64,000 nucleotides of DNA from a virus: the IMG/VR virus record IMGVR_UViG_3300046791_000298, positions 1 through 64,000 of that record. The stretch is one strand, 5' to 3'. Below the pieces are notes generated by a model, which worked only from the letters and a program-made list of their open reading frames with translations, did no database searches and was not told the DNA's origin. Both the position numbers and the translations under genes were made by a program. Shown piece by piece: positions 19,205 through 27,615 of the stretch. Every line of letters starts with the position of its first letter. The stretch's first letter is position 1.

Positions 19205-19487
19205 TCTCCTTTTGCCTGGCGATCGTGTTATTCCGTATCGCCCGCAAAAACTTCACTGCCTTCCCATAAGACACCGTGATCTCGAATGCCTCCCCGCGCT
19301 TAATCACAGAACCTCCCCACTTCTTTCTTATCACCTCAAGCGCATACTCATGTCCTCTCCTGATCCGCACTATCGGGACCTCCTTCTTATTCTTCCCCAC
19401 AAGGATCACTCCTATCGTCCCCCCAGAGTCGAGCATCCCCCCGAAATACGATAGCGCAACCTTCTCTTTTATCTCCTCGTCTGTCAT
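19155..19487 (-). CDS. Single-motif LAGLIDADG-like protein, probably degenerate
   Basis: LSYFGGMLDSGGTIGV compared with YLAGFIDGDGSI; IRKKWGGSV. Confidence 0.55.
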   Translation of the reverse strand: MTDEEIKEKVALSYFGGMLDSGGTIGVILVGKNKKEVPIVRIRRGHEYALEVIRKKWGGSVIKRGEAFEITVSYGKAVKFLRAIRNNTIARQKEIDVFLATWEKLFEQNG

Positions 19488-19563
19488 CTTTTAGTACTGT
19501 TCCAACATGTGACAAAGGTGCATTTCTTCCCTGTACCACACAAGCAAAATATTACTTATTTAG

Positions 19564-19711
19564 TACTGGTGCAAAGTGGCTCTGGTATCCGGTGCAGTGG
19601 GGTGTATACACACCCCCCCACTGCCCCAGTTACCGGTATAAACCAGCGTTTGGGGTAACACCACTGGAACCCGTCACTGCACCACTGCACCACTCATGTT
19701 CTACACCAGTA
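19564..19711. repeat. Nested inverted and direct repeats of a CACTGCAC-type motif
   Basis: TACTGGTG/CACCAGTA outer pair; GGTGCAGTGG (19591) with CCACTGCACC (19682); internal GCAGTGGGGTGT...ACACCCCCCCACTGC hairpin. Confidence 0.65.
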
Positions 19712-19758
19712 TGTATTTACAGTTGACTTTCTCCTCTCTTTTCCCTTCCTTCGTCCCC

Positions 19759-19926
19759 ATGTCGCACCTGGACAAACTCATCAAAAGAAACCCCGCTGTA
19801 CTCGATCTCGTCCGTCGATTCGACCTGGGTGAATTCAAAACTACTCCCCTCAATCTCTCAATCTCAGAACAAGTATCCCAACGCGTCCGGAAGCTCATCC
19901 TTAAACTCCAGACCCCTCAAGCATGA
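19759..19926 (+). CDS. Hypothetical protein
   Basis: MSHLDKLIKRNP..., C-terminal part of track ORF 19696..19926. Confidence 0.4.
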   Translation: MSHLDKLIKRNPAVLDLVRRFDLGEFKTTPLNLSISEQVSQRVRKLILKLQTPQA

Positions 19927-20081
19927 CACCCCTCACACACGCCACTGCGCCAACCGGTATAAAGCCCCCCGTCACCGGCTCAACTGGGAAATCAAAATCC
20001 CGCGACCGAGGGGGTCTGGTTTTGACTTTTCAGTTTTCAAAGCATATAAAGGCCGTTTCCAAGCCAAATTCGCACAAACTA

Positions 20082-20109
20082 TTGTTTAATAATTTGTATT
20101 ATGTTAAGT
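20082..20109. other. dif-like XerC/XerD recombination site
   Basis: TTGTTTAATAA-TTTGTA-TTATGTTAAGT: 11-6-11 layout; right arm one mismatch from canonical XerD arm TTATGTTAAAT; left arm ends ATAA. Confidence 0.75.
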
Positions 20110-20240
20110 AGAACACAGATAGACACAAGCTGTCACCCGTCAGGGGCTGAATGCGACAATCATTGTATCAACACGCGTGCGGATAAACCAAGTTGGCACG
20201 TGGGTGAGGTGCGAGGGTTCAATAACCAAATCGAAGTTCG

Positions 20241-20759
20241 GTGAATGGGATAAACATATTTACGTTTTCTATGTTTGAAAGGCGTTCGGCTAAGGTCGTG
20301 ACGTATCAGTATAGGATAAATCGCTTTGAGTTGTGGATGCTCATGGGGCTTGTTGCGGTGTTGGCATTACAGGGTAGGAAGGCGATAAGTCGGGATGAAT
20401 GTTTTAATCTCATTACGGCTAATTTGCGGGCACGTATAAAGATGCGAACGTATTGGTATGGGTTGCAGGTCAAAGGTTGTTTGGTAGAGTTTAAAAGGCC
20501 ACAATACCCGAATGCATCGAGTTGGGGTATTACTCCACTAGGCTGGCAGGTGTGCCAGGTGTTCGAGAAAGAGATGCAAAGGTTAGAATTGGCATATCCA
20601 AAGCGAAAGAGAGTTGAACCAATTGAGGTCGTGATAAAGGACGGTGACGCGGCACCCAAGGGTTACAGTTACGCGAAGGAACCAATACAAAGGCGCAAGG
20701 AATACATTGAGCACATTGATTTGGAGGATAAGGCGAAGCGTCACCGGTCGAACAACTAA
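20241..20759 (+). CDS. Hypothetical protein, possible winged-HTH
   Basis: LQVKGCLVE...WGITPLG resembles a wHTH wing; start may be 20271. Confidence 0.55.
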   Translation: MNGINIFTFSMFERRSAKVVTYQYRINRFELWMLMGLVAVLALQGRKAISRDECFNLITANLRARIKMRTYWYGLQVKGCLVEFKRPQYPNASSWGITPLGWQVCQVFEKEMQRLELAYPKRKRVEPIEVVIKDGDAAPKGYSYAKEPIQRRKEYIEHIDLEDKAKRHRSNN

Positions 20760-20835
20760 AATATATTAGGTTTATTGTAACCCTGATTAGGTGTGCACGT
20801 ATAAAGAAGTGTAGGGCATTTAAAAGCCTTTTTTA

Positions 20836-20867
20836 TTTGGCTTGTTCCCTAAATTAAATTAGTATTG
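20836..20867 (+). promoter_or_regulatory. Bacteroidota-type promoter for the small-ORF region
   Basis: TTTG, 20-nt spacer, TAGTATTG. Confidence 0.55.
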
Positions 20868-20887
20868 TATAACAAAAACCGATAATT

Positions 20888-21007
20888 ATGAAGACCGAAA
20901 CGATTAACAATGAGATTTTTATTAAGGTGATAGTTGCGTGCGTGGTTGGATTTGTGACCATGTTCGCGCTGTTCGTAGTGTTTGTACATGGAGGCAACAT
21001 AAACTAA
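20888..21007 (+). CDS. Small membrane protein (39 aa)
   Basis: Hand translation MKTETINNEIFIKVIVACVVGFVTMFALFVVFVHGGNIN. Confidence 0.5.
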   Translation: MKTETINNEIFIKVIVACVVGFVTMFALFVVFVHGGNIN

Positions 21008-21013
21008 AAAGCC

Positions 21014-21376
21014 ATGCTGAGAATTAACTACACGATAACGAAAACTGACAAGCCGATGGTTCGGGCTTATTGGAAGAGAGAGAACACGGTTAACGAGGAC
21101 ACGCAAACAGTAAAGGCGTTCGAGGGCACGCGTGACTTTGAGAGTGACAAGGACGCAAACAAGTTTTTGGAACGCCTTGCCATGTTCAAAATGAAATTAG
21201 CCTTTAGGGGCGCGCACGAAAACTTTACCAAGATGAGTGACGGGTTTAAAAGAAAGACGTTTGCAAGTGGTATTACCTTCGGGAGTTACGATTACAAAAA
21301 GCCCGCGGTCAAAGCGATTGAGGCGAACACGTACAAGATGAGTGTAAGTATTGAACATTTAAAACAAGCGGCATGA
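21014..21376 (+). CDS. Hypothetical protein
   Basis: 120 aa with A-rich leader. Confidence 0.6.
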   Translation: MLRINYTITKTDKPMVRAYWKRENTVNEDTQTVKAFEGTRDFESDKDANKFLERLAMFKMKLAFRGAHENFTKMSDGFKRKTFASGITFGSYDYKKPAVKAIEANTYKMSVSIEHLKQAA

Positions 21377-21738
21377 AAGCATTAGTATTGACAGGCGGAC
21401 AAATGACAAACGCACACCAAAGGGTTGAAGCGTTTTTGAGTGGACCTATCAGGGCCATCTACATTGACAATTGCAGTCACGGATATTTAGCCGTGAGCAT
21501 GGCGGATTTTTTGAGAGTAATGACACCCGAAACAGCGAAACAAATCACGGGTTACTCAGGGATGAACAGCGCACGCGTTTACTTGGAGGAAGATTGTGAC
21601 GCGGGTACATTCATGAATGAAGCAAAGGCGAAAGGTTACGAGATTGAGGTAACCAATGAGTACAATGAGAGGTTTGTGTGTGCAAAGAATTACAGTGCGC
21701 GCAAACTGAAATTTCAGGCTGAATTTATAGCAAACTGA
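21373..21738 (+). CDS. Phage hypothetical protein
   Basis: DNCSHGYLAV...VYLEEDCDA, a motif pair I recall from phage hypotheticals. Confidence 0.65.
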   Translation: MKALVLTGGQMTNAHQRVEAFLSGPIRAIYIDNCSHGYLAVSMADFLRVMTPETAKQITGYSGMNSARVYLEEDCDAGTFMNEAKAKGYEIEVTNEYNERFVCAKNYSARKLKFQAEFIAN

Positions 21739-21740
21739 TT

Positions 21741-21941
21741 ATGAGAAAACCGAAAATTACATCGACACAATACCTCTTTGAGGTATACGGACTTGAACCG
21801 AGTGACTTGGATTTGCAGGACGGGACCTTTGACATTGCAGAGGTTGAACGATTGGCAGAGAAATATAATCTGACAAAGCGCGAAAACATGACGCTTGAAA
21901 AGGCCAAGTCTCTTAACATTTACCAAGTAACATACCATTAA
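21741..21941 (+). CDS. Hypothetical protein
   Basis: 66 aa in tandem array. Confidence 0.55.
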   Translation: MRKPKITSTQYLFEVYGLEPSDLDLQDGTFDIAEVERLAEKYNLTKRENMTLEKAKSLNIYQVTYH

Positions 21942-21942
21942 C

Positions 21943-22187
21943 AGCAAACTAAAAACCGATTGATATGAGTAATGTAGCAAGACCAGAGCATGCACGGCAA
22001 ATCTTGGACGATCTTTATGCTGATGTAGAGCGATTAACAAAAGTAAACGCTGAATTATTAGAGGCTTTGAAGAAAATTAAAAAATTAGCCGACTATGAAA
22101 ACAAAAAAACTGAATGCCTTTTGTATTCAAGATTTTCACAATGGGCAACTCAAGCCATAGTTAAAGCAGAAGCAAACTAAAAACCGA
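21943..22187 (+). repeat. 17-bp direct repeat flanking one ORF
   Basis: AGCAAACTAAAAACCGA at 21943-21959 and 22171-22187. Confidence 0.8.
21965..22180 (+). CDS. Hypothetical coiled-coil protein
   Basis: NAELLEALK...AIVKAE. Confidence 0.6.
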   Translation: MSNVARPEHARQILDDLYADVERLTKVNAELLEALKKIKKLADYENKKTECLLYSRFSQWATQAIVKAEAN

Positions 22188-22193
22188 ACTAAA

Positions 22194-22820
22194 ATGAAAA
22201 ACAAGACAAAAGAATTAACAATTGAAGAGGTAATCCGCGCTGGCAATGATGGCAAAAATCAAGACATCAAAGGCCAATTTGTAGGTAAGCATGTTTATTG
22301 CAATGTTAATAGCATGGCTGAATACATTATCAGTAAAGGATTTGAGGACAGAGAAGCACCCTTCACGCTTGATGATGTAGAAAATTATTATTCATACCCT
22401 GAGTGGTCCAAAACTGTATTGGGTGAAAGCCTTTATTTTGGTGGTGGCTCTCAGGATAATAAAGATGAATTTTTAGAAGAGTTTGATAGGCTCGAAGAAG
22501 AGAGTCAGGAACTTTTTGACGCTGGCGATATTAGCGCGGCCACGCACGAAGCAAACATTGACCAAGTATCAAAAGCTAAGGAGGAATTTGAAGAGGCAAC
22601 AGAAGACACCGAGCCCGCGGAAATTTTTGAATGGTGGGCAGTCTCTTCTTTCCTCTTCGAGAAACTTCAGGAGAAGGGGTTTTGCGTTGTTGATGCAGGA
22701 TCCTGCTACGTATGGGGAAGAACGACCACAGGGCAGGCTATTCTTTTAGATGGGGTTATCACACACATCTGCGCTGAACTGGAAATCTTGGAAGGGCAAA
22801 CTAATTCTTGGGCGCGATGA
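22194..22820 (+). CDS. Acidic phage hypothetical protein
   Basis: Very E/D-rich centre; EIFEWWAVS...WGRTTTGQAILLDGVI. Confidence 0.7.
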   Translation: MKNKTKELTIEEVIRAGNDGKNQDIKGQFVGKHVYCNVNSMAEYIISKGFEDREAPFTLDDVENYYSYPEWSKTVLGESLYFGGGSQDNKDEFLEEFDRLEEESQELFDAGDISAATHEANIDQVSKAKEEFEEATEDTEPAEIFEWWAVSSFLFEKLQEKGFCVVDAGSCYVWGRTTTGQAILLDGVITHICAELEILEGQTNSWAR

Positions 22821-23002
22821 CAAGTCCTGAGTATTATACCTATGAACTTAACAAGGTTAAGGTAGGGCTAACGGAATACGCACCGACTATCAAAGTCTTT
22901 GCGAACGGGAACGGTGACAACACAAAGAATTTGAGTTTGAACAAAGAGAGTGCCGCGGTTTTAATTAAATGGCTGACGGATAATTTCCTAGGCGCAAGCT
23001 AA
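22817..23002 (+). CDS. Hypothetical protein
   Basis: ATGA-coupled start MTSPE. Confidence 0.55.
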   Translation: MTSPEYYTYELNKVKVGLTEYAPTIKVFANGNGDNTKNLSLNKESAAVLIKWLTDNFLGAS

Positions 23003-23007
23003 ATTTT

Positions 23008-23205
23008 ATGAAGCACTATGAACTTGGCGAAGTTAAGATCATTGAGTATGGGCGTGGCCTTGCCGTCATTGGTGAAACGAAGCCCCTCCGCGAGAAATTA
23101 AAATTAATAGGTGGGCGGTTTAACCCAAAATTATCGTGCGGTATGGGATGGATTTTCAGAAAATCAAAACTTGAATTGATAATTAAAACAATTTATGAAC
23201 TTTAA
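23008..23205 (+). CDS. Hypothetical protein
   Basis: AVIGETKPLREKLKLIGGRFNPKL..GWIF. Confidence 0.6.
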   Translation: MKHYELGEVKIIEYGRGLAVIGETKPLREKLKLIGGRFNPKLSCGMGWIFRKSKLELIIKTIYEL

Positions 23206-23485
23206 CCCTACAACTATAGAAGACATGGAAAAATCAGACTTTGAAGTAATGAGTGAGATGTCAGAAAAGAATTTAGACATCGCATGTGCCCTCGATATAA
23301 CAAACTATCAGCGGCAAGAAAAAAAGGGAGGAGGATTAGTAACAGTGGGCGTAGCCTCTCCTCAATTTGATTACCTGATTAATCAGGCGGCAAGCGGGAA
23401 GACTACACACTATGCGATTTTATACATAGTGAACAAAGAACAGTTCGATAAGATTAAGAAGGCACCAAAAACATTGGCGGTTTAA
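23195..23485 (+). CDS. Hypothetical protein
   Basis: 96 aa in tandem array. Confidence 0.55.
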   Translation: MNFNPTTIEDMEKSDFEVMSEMSEKNLDIACALDITNYQRQEKKGGGLVTVGVASPQFDYLINQAASGKTTHYAILYIVNKEQFDKIKKAPKTLAV

Positions 23486-23503
23486 TCGGTTTAAGTCCGC
23501 CAC

Positions 23504-23546
23504 AAGAGTCCGGAGGGTTATATTCGGTTTCCTTCCGGCTCTTTTT
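23504..23546 (+). terminator. Intrinsic terminator
   Basis: AAGAGtCCGGAgGG...CCtTCCGGCTCTT stem followed by a T run. Confidence 0.55.
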
Positions 23547-23570
23547 AAAGAAATTAATTGCAAACTAAAT

Positions 23571-23903
23571 ATGATTACTCAAGAACTTAAAGAACATTTG
23601 GAAGCAGAAGGCTACAGCGAACTAAGAGAAATTGAAGGGCGTGGAGTGTGTGGAGTTTTTCGGTTTCTGTTTACGGTGGGTATAGTACTCGGCATTGACA
23701 GCACTGGATACAAAGGACGATATTGCTATGGCTCCCATATCGAGGCGTCATTTGCAATCAATTTATGGGACGGACAGAGTGATCCCCCTGGCGATTGGAT
23801 AAAATACAAAGGGGAAGGAGGAGAACGTACTAATGATCAAAAGGAATGTTATGCATGTAAACACGGTGGAAGGGCTATGCATACATGTATGAAATATCGA
23901 TAA
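23571..23903 (+). CDS. Hypothetical protein
   Basis: GRYCY..EA..A...WDG..DPPGDWIKYKG. Confidence 0.65.
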   Translation: MITQELKEHLEAEGYSELREIEGRGVCGVFRFLFTVGIVLGIDSTGYKGRYCYGSHIEASFAINLWDGQSDPPGDWIKYKGEGGERTNDQKECYACKHGGRAMHTCMKYR

Positions 23904-23915
23904 CGCAAACTAATT

Positions 23916-24152
23916 ATGAGAAAGCAACGGTACAAGCTCAGCATCTACAACGGGAGAGTAAAGATTTACATCGATGGCCTTGTGTTTCTCTCCTTCAATC
24001 AGATCGACTTTAAAGGCTATTACGCTTTTAAGGATGATAGCAAATTGTATGGCATTGACTTCTACTTGGCCAATGGCGTGACCATTGAGACATCGTATAA
24101 GACGAAGGAAGTATGGATTGATATATTGAAACTACTTGACAAAGAATTATGA
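23916..24152 (+). CDS. Hypothetical protein
   Basis: 78 aa. Confidence 0.55.
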   Translation: MRKQRYKLSIYNGRVKIYIDGLVFLSFNQIDFKGYYAFKDDSKLYGIDFYLANGVTIETSYKTKEVWIDILKLLDKEL

Positions 24153-24373
24153 CCAAGCGCAACAGATGGCTAAAAAAGAAGGCGCGTAAAAATCGTTACA
24201 TCGATAAAAAGACACGTGCAGAGATTCGTGCTTGGAGTTTACAATGTGCTAAAGCAATCTTTGAAGAGAGCAGAGTTAAGTTTCCTGATTTGGTTGAGCA
24301 AGCGGTGGCTTATGCGTTAGGAACGCAGGATAACTATGAAGAGTACAAAAGACTTTTAACACCAAAATTATGA
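24149..24373 (+). CDS. Hypothetical basic protein
   Basis: ATGA coupled. Confidence 0.5.
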   Translation: MTKRNRWLKKKARKNRYIDKKTRAEIRAWSLQCAKAIFEESRVKFPDLVEQAVAYALGTQDNYEEYKRLLTPKL

Positions 24374-24567
24374 GACCACGCCCACTATACGTAATCAAGT
24401 ACTACCAGGACCAAGGGAAGTTTTTGATTGAGACCATTGGTAAGGATTTACCAATGAGCAGGCTTAAAGCACGAAACACGCTGGCCCAGCTCAGGAGAAC
24501 TACACATAAGACCGGTGTCTTGATCATCGAGCGCGCAAACAAATTTCTAAACCATCAGAAGCAATGA
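24370..24567 (+). CDS. Hypothetical protein
   Basis: ATGA coupled. Confidence 0.5.
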   Translation: MRPRPLYVIKYYQDQGKFLIETIGKDLPMSRLKARNTLAQLRRTTHKTGVLIIERANKFLNHQKQ

Positions 24568-25082
24568 AGACAGAGAATCCTAAAATCTACGTCAACGATG
24601 GCACGAACAAAGACCATGCGGTAGGCACACTCTTGTATATTCAAGATTGCCCGATTGAGCCAGATGTGAAAGACTTTCCTTTCTCAATTACTCGTTTGGG
24701 TTTTGTTGATCGGCCAGCTTACGACTCAGCAAAAGAAGCCTACCAATCATCCTTAGAGCTTGCTATTAAAGGAGGGGTGGAGTTTAAGGATCAGGAAGAA
24801 ATTAGAAAATTAGTTTTGATCGAGAATAAATCAACTCCACAACTAAATTCTTTTTTATCCATCCCATCTGGCTATAGTGTTGAGGTGGAGCCATTATGTT
24901 TGTGTGGTCAGGATTCGTGCGAAAACTCACATAAGAAAGTAGCAATTCTAAAGCCCTCAGATAACAGCGCACACAGTAAGGAAGAGGTAAACGAAGCTAT
25001 TAAATTTGCAACATGGTATTCAGGAATGGAGCAATCAAAAGTTAAAAAGGCTTACGAACGATTTAAAAGAGAGAACCTATAA
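24564..25082 (+). CDS. Hypothetical protein
   Basis: 172 aa, ATGA coupled. Confidence 0.6.
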   Translation: MKTENPKIYVNDGTNKDHAVGTLLYIQDCPIEPDVKDFPFSITRLGFVDRPAYDSAKEAYQSSLELAIKGGVEFKDQEEIRKLVLIENKSTPQLNSFLSIPSGYSVEVEPLCLCGQDSCENSHKKVAILKPSDNSAHSKEEVNEAIKFATWYSGMEQSKVKKAYERFKRENL

Positions 25083-25093
25083 ATAAAGAAGAT

Positions 25094-25687
25094 ATGGAAA
25101 GGAAACCCGAACTAAAATCTGTTATTGAAGAAAGAATTTTGAACGCAGTACATAAATCATTACAGTGGGATAGTGGTGAAATTACAGGTATTAATATGCA
25201 TGAGCTTGAACAAAAAGTTAAAGGAATATTACAGTTGTTCAAATTCTCAGAACCCTCCCTCCCCACAGAACCGAAGCAAGAGGATGGTAACTTTAAAAAA
25301 TTCTCTTTACTGAAAGAAACGCCAACGGTAGCATCGGCAAATACTTCTTATCCTGTTAATCTTTCAGGTGAGCAACAAACAGCAGAGATCGAAAAAATAA
25401 TAGTTGATTGGCTAAAGAGTGAGAATGAAAATGCTACTTATTGCGCACACCTTATTTCAGAACACATTAAACTCAAATCATCTCAAGCCAGAAGAGAAAT
25501 TTTAAATACTCTTCCAACAAGGAAAGCGCAAATAATCGCTGAGGTTTTAGATTTGAGGGAACAAGTTAAGGTTGCCAGAAGAGAAGTTATTCAGGAGGCG
25601 ATAGATAAGTTCAATTCTTTATTCGAAGAAGGACATAGGGATTTACAAACATTTAAAGAAGAGCTTGAGAAACTAAAGCAGAAGTAA
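25094..25687 (+). CDS. Hypothetical protein
   Basis: 197 aa with internal ARRE(I/V) repeat. Confidence 0.6.
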   Translation: MERKPELKSVIEERILNAVHKSLQWDSGEITGINMHELEQKVKGILQLFKFSEPSLPTEPKQEDGNFKKFSLLKETPTVASANTSYPVNLSGEQQTAEIEKIIVDWLKSENENATYCAHLISEHIKLKSSQARREILNTLPTRKAQIIAEVLDLREQVKVARREVIQEAIDKFNSLFEEGHRDLQTFKEELEKLKQK

Positions 25688-25689
25688 AA

Positions 25690-26013
25690 ATGACAGAGTT
25701 TAATGCACTGACTATTAAAATTGCTGAGAAGATAGCGGAGTATCTGGCTTTACTCACGCAACTTGATGTCAAGTCACCTCCGGAATTTTTCAGACGAGCA
25801 AACCAGCTGTCGTGGGAACTAGCAATGATATTACCGGAGGAGATTTATCTTGAGATTGCGATTGCTGCAACAAACAGTGGGACAGAGCACAATCACTGCA
25901 CAGCAATAATTTTAGCACGTAAAGCAATGCTTGGTGTTGTGGCTGGGAAATTATCTCCAGATCATATTGTAGGACATTCACCGAAAGCAGGGAATAAAAC
26001 ATCGGATAACTAA
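25690..26013 (+). CDS. Hypothetical protein
   Basis: 107 aa. Confidence 0.55.
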   Translation: MTEFNALTIKIAEKIAEYLALLTQLDVKSPPEFFRRANQLSWELAMILPEEIYLEIAIAATNSGTEHNHCTAIILARKAMLGVVAGKLSPDHIVGHSPKAGNKTSDN

Positions 26014-26207
26014 TGAAGCAGATCATCGCCAGCCTTTTGTTTATGTATTGCCTGAGCCAGGAAGAGCAGCCTCCGCCTCGGGTCCAGTGTCACGGCTATC
26101 AGAAAATAGCGTATGGGGTGGGAATAAATTGTAAGGGCGACACGATCAAGATTGAAGAGGCGGCTGAGTTTAATAGGAAGTATTACAAAAAAACCAAAAT
26201 AAAATGA
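26013..26207 (+). CDS. Small exported hypothetical protein
   Basis: N-terminal hydrophobic segment MKQIIASLLFMYC. Confidence 0.45.
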   Translation: MKQIIASLLFMYCLSQEEQPPPRVQCHGYQKIAYGVGINCKGDTIKIEEAAEFNRKYYKKTKIK

Positions 26208-26935
26208 CACAACAAGATAGGCTACACCTTAAATGGATTTACGATCGTCTTTTGTACATGCATAATGAGAATCCGCGCGTTGATTATATGCAAAAGTTTC
26301 GCAGTATTCTCGATGACCTTATTCGAGCAGAAATTGAAGAAGAGGAATTCAACCGGAAGGCTGATGAGGCCATCAAAGATACTGAGCACGCTAGGGAATA
26401 TCTGATCAAGGAAGGATTCGACCCTGATGAGATTGGCAAGCAAGGCGCTACATTTGTTAAGTTACTTATGCGCAAGACGGTCCTGGAGAAGGAGGATAAG
26501 GAAATCAGGGAGATTATCGGAGCCGATGAGAACGAAGCAACCACCGATGAAGTCAGGAGCCTAATGTTGAATTATAAGCGCGCGAAAGAGCAGATGGCTA
26601 AAGTCAAGGAATTGATCGATGGCGTTGCTGATGAATTTACTGCGTTAGTTAATATCGTTATACCTGAAGAGAGCGGAGTAAGTCCAGTGGAGGTACGTTT
26701 TGATTACAACGAGAGCAATGCCGCGAAGGATGAAGAAGCTAATTTGATTGCTGGTCTCATTAAAAAACTCCCGAAGGATGGGATTAAGATTATTGTCGTT
26801 GGTGATGATAAGACCGCTCAAGTCCATAGTAATATTCACGGCAAATATTTTGATGTATCGGTGGATATTAACCCGAATGTTTCCATTGAGAATAGAACGG
26901 TTCGACATGATGAAGAATTTTACAGAATCGACTAA
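26204..26935 (+). CDS. Hypothetical protein
   Basis: 243 aa. Confidence 0.65.
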   Translation: MTQQDRLHLKWIYDRLLYMHNENPRVDYMQKFRSILDDLIRAEIEEEEFNRKADEAIKDTEHAREYLIKEGFDPDEIGKQGATFVKLLMRKTVLEKEDKEIREIIGADENEATTDEVRSLMLNYKRAKEQMAKVKELIDGVADEFTALVNIVIPEESGVSPVEVRFDYNESNAAKDEEANLIAGLIKKLPKDGIKIIVVGDDKTAQVHSNIHGKYFDVSVDINPNVSIENRTVRHDEEFYRID

Positions 26936-27012
26936 GCCATGACAATCCCATACAAATTCAAGAAGATCAAGCGCGGCACGAACATGACACCGAAAAAGAA
27001 AAAACGTAAGAA

Positions 27013-27585
27013 ATGATACTAGGATTCAAAGAATTTTTTAACGCGAAGAAAACGCAACCGACTTATTTTCGGGAGAAGATATTAGCTGGTGTTCACCCAA
27101 ATCTTGCCGCGGTCGGCTCGGAGAAGTACCCAATTACATACCCGAGAACAATTTTATTATTACCTGAACCCAAACTACACACTTTTCGCGAGGATAAGTA
27201 CGATCGATGGAGGGCAGGCATGAGTATTCAAATGGTTTATCGCGGGCCAAAGTACAGCATCAAAGATCACTTCAATATGGGCGATGATCTGGCTGGGTTA
27301 CAGAAGTGTAAATCTATTCAGAAAGTAGAGATTAAGTGGCGCCACGAAAAAGCACTGTGTACTCGGATGACAGATAAATCAATTTTCATTATGAAAATTG
27401 ATGGTAAGGATTTTTTTGAAACGACCATCCATAAAGGAGTTCAGTTCTTGAGATTTGGACCAAAGGGTCAATTGATGGCACAGTTAATTTCTAATGATGG
27501 ATTCAGTAACATCAATTGGTTCTTCAGATACTTTAAAAAAGACTTCACTGGTAAAATTATTCATTGGACAGATTTAAGATATTGA
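27013..27585 (+). CDS. Hypothetical protein, possibly ASCH/PUA-like
   Basis: KLHTFRED..RWRAG, CKSIQKVEI, NDGF...FFRYF, IIHWTDLRY. Confidence 0.6.
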   Translation: MILGFKEFFNAKKTQPTYFREKILAGVHPNLAAVGSEKYPITYPRTILLLPEPKLHTFREDKYDRWRAGMSIQMVYRGPKYSIKDHFNMGDDLAGLQKCKSIQKVEIKWRHEKALCTRMTDKSIFIMKIDGKDFFETTIHKGVQFLRFGPKGQLMAQLISNDGFSNINWFFRYFKKDFTGKIIHWTDLRY

Positions 27586-27615
27586 AATGACAATCGAAAA
27601 ATAAAAAATAAACCC

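Noticed and set aside
19923-20111. 62-aa ORF overlapping the dif-like site
   Set aside because: No protein-like features; spans a hairpin and the dif site, so more likely noncoding.
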